The notes under the pieces: generated by a model
What the model saw: the letters and a program-made list of their open reading frames with translations, nothing else
The model's database searches: none
Told to the model about the DNA's origin: nothing
Shown: piece after piece, positions 57,571 to 64,000 of the stretch
How positions within the stretch are numbered: the first letter of the stretch is position 1
Layout: every line of letters begins with the position of its first letter
From: a bacterium
GTDB lineage: Bacteria > JAMCPX01
Direction: 5' to 3'
Assembly: GCA_021787665.1 (NCBI GenBank)
Contig: JAJYLN010000004.1
Span: forward strand, 68,415-132,414
DNA length: 64,000 nucleotides
Translations under genes and position numbers: made by a program

Positions 57571-60339
57571 TTATTTCAGTGGTATGAGCAGGGTCGCGAT
57601 CGTCCCGGTCATATCGAGTCCGATATCCTGACCGCTCACCGTGGGTCTGCCGATGGGCACCTCGTAGCTGTCCGTTATCAGGGCGCTGCCGGCGTGATGA
57701 CCAGCATAGTTCACCGTGACCTGCGCCGGTCCAGGTGTGAGCCTGAACAGCCTGAGCACGATCCCGCGCTGGTCCATCGACAGCTTCACGTCTGTGATCA
57801 TCGCGTTGTCCGTGACGGACGCAAGGCTGTAGGCCGGCGGCAGTGTCCCTGTGTGGACCGAGGTTACCACGGCGGTGAGCGGTGCGCTGAACGCGTAGCC
57901 ATCCTGCGTGAAGAAGTCGCCCCCCACATGCGGCATCAGCGCATACACGCTGGTGTGGACGTCCGGGTCGCTGCTGCATTGGCCCATAGCGGAGCAGCTT
58001 GCGAACGCATTCCGTACCAGTCCCATCAGGATACGGCCCGCGCTGTTGAAGGACCACATCTCGTTGCCCAGGTCGAACACCGCCATGCCGGTATCTCCCT
58101 GTGCCGGGTCAAGCAGGTCTACCCACTCGACCCCGGGCCAGAACTGCGGCGTGTACAGGGACGTAAACGGCCTCTGGATGATGCCGTACGGGATCGCCAT
58201 CCTATCGATCCCATCGGTGATCGTCGTGCTGAACGCTGCAACGGAGGTCGTATTGTCCGGCACGGACATCGTCGTGGACAGGTCGATCCGCCGCAGGTCC
58301 GTGTACACGGTATAGGTGCGCGTGACTGTGCCGTACGGCCCCTGGGTCTGTACGGATATCGTGGTAAACAGGGGACCCTGTGCGGTCACTGTGTACGAAG
58401 AGGTCGTCTGGGACAGCGCGTATTCCCGCTGGAACACGCCCCCGGCAGCCGGCTCAGAGCCGATCTCCCAGGGGTCCCCGGTGTCATCGTAGTATACGAT
58501 GTCGTTGGAAGGCCCGCTCAGCATCTCCCTCGAAGATGCGCTGTCCACAAGGGAGGTCATGGCGTAGCCGGCGTCCTTGCCCAGTACCAGTCTCTCGTAC
58601 GGATTGGTAAGGATGACGTCGCCGATGGCATCCGTGGTCATACCCACCCCGCTGATAGGCGGAGAACTATGGGACACGGCCGTGTAGGTAGCGTAGCCCA
58701 GAGCAGGCACGCCGTCCGCATAGAACTCTACCGTTGCGTTCCTGAGGCTGCCGTCCGGAAAAGTCGCAGACGTGATGATCTGTGCTGTCACCGTGCTGCC
58801 GGACTGGTCAAGGATCCCTATACTCGTAGTACCGGGGCCCGTGAACGAGAGCTCTGCCTGTGCGAGATCTGTCCTTGCATAACCGGAGGGGTTGAACACT
58901 ATGATAGGGTCCCCGCTGATACCGGAGGTGTCTATCTTTCCCGCGATGTAAGTGGTCGCGGACTGCTGGAGCAGGGTCGCACCGGTGAATGATGTCTGGA
59001 GCAGGGGGACCTGCTCGGTGTAGTACACCGAGTCGGCGCTCGTCCCGGGGATGAAGTCGTGGTGGTCGGAGCGGAGGAACGGCTCCCAGACGTCGGTGAA
59101 GGTGCCCGCAGGGTAGGTATAGCCTGCGAGGGATGCTATCACGGAGTAGAGCTGTGCGGAGGTGAGTGCATAGGTCGTCTCCCGCGCGAGCTTCTTGAGC
59201 TTTGGTCTTGTGCCGTAGTAGCCGGTAAAGTACGGATTGAGGTCGACCGCGTAGGTTGGTAGCTTGTCCGTGTGAAAAGAAACGAGCTTCATGTAGTCCT
59301 CGAATGTCGCGAGAGTGATGTACACGCCAGTGGAGGTGAACATCGTGGCGTCCCATCCGGCAACCTGCTCCGGCAGATACTGGTCCGGGGGCATAAAGTC
59401 TTTGCCAACCGGAAGGAACATGTACCCGGTCGGCGATACAGGCTTCAACTGGCTAATAAGACCGCTGAGCACGCCGTTTATATATGCCTGGTTGGTCCCC
59501 CCTGAATAGAGCGCGTCTCCTTCGCCGTAGCTGCCGGGCACGAAGTGGGCGAGTACCGTGGCGCCTCCGGTACCTTTCCATACGAAATCTATGGAGCCTG
59601 TGCTGAAGAGAAGCGCTGCAAAGCTGTTGGGGGTCACGGGCGCAGAACCGAGCCATTGGCTCATACTCGAGTTCCCCGGGACCCTCGTAAAGCCCACATA
59701 CTTATACCCGAGCGAGGCGAGGATGTCCGGCAGGCTCTGGGCGTGGCCAAAGCTGTCCGGCTGCCATGCCGTTACGGGCTTTATCCCTGCCAGATCACCC
59801 ACCCACAGATTGCCGTAGAGCCAGTCCATAATGAGCGACTCCCCGGTAGGCAGGTTAGTGTCCGGACTCGTCATGCCTCCGCCCACGATCCGGAGGTGGC
59901 CGTTCTCCAGATATTTTATGATCCTGGCGTGATCCTCCGGGTGGACCTCCCAGTATTTTTGTAAGAACGCAATCTCGCATATCGAGTAATAGTAACCCGG
60001 GTAGGTATCGAGCATATCGAGCGCCTGTTTGATAATATCGTTAACGCTGTCGCCCAGATAGCCTTTGTAGAAGTAGCCGTCGAATGTCGTTCTCCAGTCT
60101 ATGTCCCAGTGCGAGGACTGGCTGACGATCATGACCTGCTTCGCAGTCGTGGGTATCCCGAGGAGCGAGCGGATCTGGGGCTCGGTGTCCGCGGTCAGGA
60201 TATTCGGCGCGCTGGCCCCCTTACCACCACAGGACGCGGCCATGCCTGCAAAGAGCAGTACTGGTACCAGGTAATATCTATAGATCATACCTTTTCTTCG
60301 TTTTCGGACAATTTGCGACACAGCACCCTCGCTATGCAT
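57571..60339 (-). CDS. Glycoside hydrolase family 38-like (alpha-mannosidase) lipoprotein
   Basis: N-terminal lipobox (MAASCGG), then SQSSHWDIDWRTTF resembling the GH38 HxHxDxxW metal-binding start and a QPDSFGH block; about 900 aa, consistent with GH38. Likely real start at the internal MIYRYY. Confidence 0.6.
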   Translation of the reverse strand: MHSEGAVSQIVRKRRKGMIYRYYLVPVLLFAGMAASCGGKGASAPNILTADTEPQIRSLLGIPTTAKQVMIVSQSSHWDIDWRTTFDGYFYKGYLGDSVNDIIKQALDMLDTYPGYYYSICEIAFLQKYWEVHPEDHARIIKYLENGHLRIVGGGMTSPDTNLPTGESLIMDWLYGNLWVGDLAGIKPVTAWQPDSFGHAQSLPDILASLGYKYVGFTRVPGNSSMSQWLGSAPVTPNSFAALLFSTGSIDFVWKGTGGATVLAHFVPGSYGEGDALYSGGTNQAYINGVLSGLISQLKPVSPTGYMFLPVGKDFMPPDQYLPEQVAGWDATMFTSTGVYITLATFEDYMKLVSFHTDKLPTYAVDLNPYFTGYYGTRPKLKKLARETTYALTSAQLYSVIASLAGYTYPAGTFTDVWEPFLRSDHHDFIPGTSADSVYYTEQVPLLQTSFTGATLLQQSATTYIAGKIDTSGISGDPIIVFNPSGYARTDLAQAELSFTGPGTTSIGILDQSGSTVTAQIITSATFPDGSLRNATVEFYADGVPALGYATYTAVSHSSPPISGVGMTTDAIGDVILTNPYERLVLGKDAGYAMTSLVDSASSREMLSGPSNDIVYYDDTGDPWEIGSEPAAGGVFQREYALSQTTSSYTVTAQGPLFTTISVQTQGPYGTVTRTYTVYTDLRRIDLSTTMSVPDNTTSVAAFSTTITDGIDRMAIPYGIIQRPFTSLYTPQFWPGVEWVDLLDPAQGDTGMAVFDLGNEMWSFNSAGRILMGLVRNAFASCSAMGQCSSDPDVHTSVYALMPHVGGDFFTQDGYAFSAPLTAVVTSVHTGTLPPAYSLASVTDNAMITDVKLSMDQRGIVLRLFRLTPGPAQVTVNYAGHHAGSALITDSYEVPIGRPTVSGQDIGLDMTGTIATLLIPLK

Positions 60340-60700
60340 CTTTCGTGACGATGTCCAGCAGTTGCCTGCTGTTCACGGGCTTCGTCATAAAATAATCGCA
60401 TCCGCTATTGATGGCCCGCGCCTTGTCCTCCGGCCTGCCGTGCGAAGTTATGATGACGACCTTGATGTGCTTCAGATCGCTGTTGCTTTTGATGAACCGG
60501 CATATGGCATCGCCGTTCATCTCCGGCATGACGAGGTCGAGCAGCGCAACCCTGGGACGAAGGAGCTGGATCTTCTTCAGCGCTTCGGTGCCGGTTTTCG
60601 CCTTGATAATCTCGTAGCCCGTCTTCTTCAAAAGGATCTCCTCGAGCATAAGCACGGTGTCCATATCGTCTGCTATCACGAGCTTTTCTCTTTCCACCAT
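60332..60700 (-). CDS. Single-domain response regulator (CheY-like receiver)
   Basis: 122-aa ORF with receiver-domain acidic pocket (IADDMD), phospho-acceptor Asp context (ALLDLVMPEMNG) and conserved Lys (TKP). Confidence 0.8.
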   Translation of the reverse strand: MVEREKLVIADDMDTVLMLEEILLKKTGYEIIKAKTGTEALKKIQLLRPRVALLDLVMPEMNGDAICRFIKSNSDLKHIKVVIITSHGRPEDKARAINSGCDYFMTKPVNSRQLLDIVTKDA

Positions 60701-60912
60701 ACATCCTCCGGATGGAGGCGACGTTAGTATATTTCCCTCCGTCCTGCAACAGCTTTCTGCGGATCAAGGAAAAGGCGCTTCAGGGGTGAGGTGCCGGTTT
60801 ACATAAATAGAGACAGAGTTTTCATCGAAGAAGGGGGCAGTCGCGAGTAACAGAGTTTCCCACGATAAGGATGGATTCCCCTCTTGACAGGTGTATTTTA
60901 AAACAAAGAGAT

Positions 60913-60943
60913 CACTATAAAAAACAGGGCGGTACGTACGCCC
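60913..60943 (-). terminator. Rho-independent terminator downstream of the second beta-propeller-repeat gene
   Basis: Minus-strand RNA GGGCG-UACGUAC-CGCCC followed by UGUUUUUUAUAG, about 38 nt past the stop at 60981. Confidence 0.55.
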
Positions 60944-60980
60944 AGCTATTGTAATTTATTGTTTTATTGCATTTAAGATT

Positions 60981-61439
60981 TTATTCACCGCTATAAGGCA
61001 ATACCGGATTTCCGTATGGAAAATATTGTGGATTCGGTGCTACACCATCAACTTTGGTTACGGTAGGTGCGCCGCCAGCACATACTACCCATACATTCCC
61101 AGAATGATCTATAGCTATATAATCATCAGGGCTATCACCACCTCTGAGAGAACTGACGATATCATAAAATGTATTAATTATTGAACCTGATGAACTTAGC
61201 TCAATAAGATTACCAAAGTCTAATACCCATACATTGCCATTTGTGTCTATAGCTACCGATAACAGATAATCACCCAATGAAGTACCGCTTGTCACTGAGT
61301 ATATCCCAAGGATTACACCATTTGGACTCAGCTTAGATATCGTATTGCCATTTTTACCAGCTACCCACACATTACCAGAAGGATCTATAGCAATACTTCT
61401 CGGCATATTGGATACTGTGAAGGAACAAATAGGTGTCAT
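60981..61439 (-). CDS. Beta-propeller (SBBP/NHL-like) repeat protein without signal peptide, AT-rich gene; paralog of 47016..47408
   Basis: 152-aa ORF with repeats SIAIDPSGNVWVAGKNGNTISKLSPNG, VAIDTNGNVWVLD, IAIDHSGNVWVV and a C-terminus (GVAPNPQYFPYG) resembling the paralog (GVAKGPQYWPYKGPQWP); AT-rich codon usage. Confidence 0.5.
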   Translation of the reverse strand: MTPICSFTVSNMPRSIAIDPSGNVWVAGKNGNTISKLSPNGVILGIYSVTSGTSLGDYLLSVAIDTNGNVWVLDFGNLIELSSSGSIINTFYDIVSSLRGGDSPDDYIAIDHSGNVWVVCAGGAPTVTKVDGVAPNPQYFPYGNPVLPYSGE

Positions 61440-61609
61440 GTTTTGACATATGACTCTAAGGCCGTGATGGCGGTTGCCAAGCTCTTGTTCGCCGCGAGTT
61501 CAGCTTCGAATCGCACCAACACCTTGCGCAATGCACTGTAGTGCATCCCTCCAAATATCTTACCTGCTTCCCGATTGCTCAGATGGGTGTATTTGTACAC
61601 CAAATACAT
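61436..61609 (-). CDS. 57-aa mini-ORF resembling the DnaA C-terminal DNA-binding domain (domain IV); possibly a gene remnant
   Basis: Minus-strand ORF MYLVYKYTHLSNREAGKIFGGMHYSALRKVLVRFEAELAANKSLATAITALESYVKT; with in-frame upstream residues (LPRRTA) it matches the DnaA domain-IV pattern PRQ.AMYL-x15-FGG with identical spacing. Its TGA stop overlaps the ATG of the downstream gene (ATGA). Below the ORF-track cutoff. Confidence 0.35.
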   Translation of the reverse strand: MYLVYKYTHLSNREAGKIFGGMHYSALRKVLVRFEAELAANKSLATAITALESYVKT

Positions 61610-61861
61610 CGCAGTCCTCCGAGGTAGGTTAGCCCTCAGGTTCCTGTTATAAATAGAGTCCTGGCCAACACCGTCAGGTATGCATCCTTGTCTACCAGAA
61701 TCGCTTTGTACCTACCCCGGAATAGGTGCCCAATCGGGTCATGACACCGATTAAAATACAACCACCCTTATGTCTTACCAAATCAAAAGTCAAACCGTAT
61801 AGAACTCTACAAGTTAAACGGGGGTTGTCTTCTGCAGGAGAAGGAATCCGGAAAGGGGCAC

Positions 61862-61890
61862 AAAAAGAGGGCGGTCGGATGACCGCCCTC
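61862..61890 (-). terminator. Rho-independent terminator downstream of groEL
   Basis: Minus-strand RNA GAGGGCGGUC-AUCC-GACCGCCCUC (perfect 10-bp stem) followed by UUUUUG, about 30 nt past the groEL stop. Confidence 0.7.
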
Positions 61891-61922
61891 GATTTCGAAC
61901 AAAGTTGTGTATTTGTTGTGCC

Positions 61923-63575
<1,653 letters not shown>

Positions 63576-63669
63576 TTATATTATTATTTCATCGGCACAG
63601 GGATAGCCCTGCCCGTACAATTAATTAAAATATAAGCTATAGTTGTATGTTATCAAGAGATAGTATCGA

Positions 63670-64000
63670 TCAGTCAAGTAAACCGACGACAAGGACGTCC
63701 CTGCCAGGCGCAAAAACGAAGTGTATGACCCCGTCCTTGCCCTCCGCACCCCGGGGCGGGTTCGCGTCCCATGTGGCTCTCCTGCACGCGGCCATTGCCA
63801 TACGGTCCCATGCCGCAGAGCCGGAGGACCTCAGCAGCTTCACGGATATCAGATTGCCCGTTTTGTCCATGTTGGCCTCGACGTACGCATGGCTGTCGAT
63901 ACTGTTTATCTCGTCCGCAGTCATGTCGCTGTTGCGTATGTCGAACACGAACTGATCGAATATCCTGTACGCGACCCGCCGTACAAAGCCGGCATAAACG
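63670..64000 (-). CDS. TonB C-terminal domain-like protein, partial (gene extends beyond the window end)
   Basis: C-terminal region GNLISVKLLRSSGSAAWDRMAMAACRRATWDANPP...GVIHFVFAP resembles the TonB/TolA C-terminal domain; the frame stays open upstream to the window edge. Confidence 0.4.
   Translation of the reverse strand, partial: VYAGFVRRVAYRIFDQFVFDIRNSDMTADEINSIDSHAYVEANMDKTGNLISVKLLRSSGSAAWDRMAMAACRRATWDANPPRGAEGKDGVIHFVFAPGRDVLVVGLLD

Overview
The window looks like ordinary core chromosome from a GC-rich bacterium with many predicted lipoproteins; I found no CRISPR array, transposase, integrase, phage gene block or recognisable defence or toxin system. Nearly everything from 1 to 18.9 kb is on the minus strand: the conserved ribosomal protein / RNA polymerase region (rpsG partial, rpsL, rpoC, rpoB, rplL, rplJ, rplA, rplK, nusG, secE, tRNA-Trp, rpmG, tuf, tRNA-Thr/Gly/Tyr/Thr), then a compact operon (frameshifted iorA-like gene, DAHP synthase, metallophosphoesterase, pentapeptide-repeat protein, two PilZ proteins). 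The rest is housekeeping genes (murA, hisG, hisD, feoB, metK-ahcY-methyltransferase, fabI, pyk, lipA, groEL) mixed with envelope and glycan genes: two inverted GH5 paralogs about 24 kb apart, a GH38 alpha-mannosidase, an S45 penicillin-acylase-like protein with DsbA, two tandem Ser/Thr-rich lipoprotein paralogs, gspJ-gspK, SPFH-NfeD, and two AT-rich beta-propeller-repeat genes. The most unusual local signals are the iorA frame break on a CCCGGGU heptamer, the duplicated lipoprotein cassettes with matching promoter and terminator blocks, a truncated LarC-like gene abutting the second GH5 copy, and a DnaA domain-IV-like mini-ORF overlapping the start of an AT-rich gene. All calls rest on reading the six-frame translations and motifs by eye; no database search was run, and coordinates I derived myself (tRNAs, promoters, terminators, small ORFs) may be off by a base or two.
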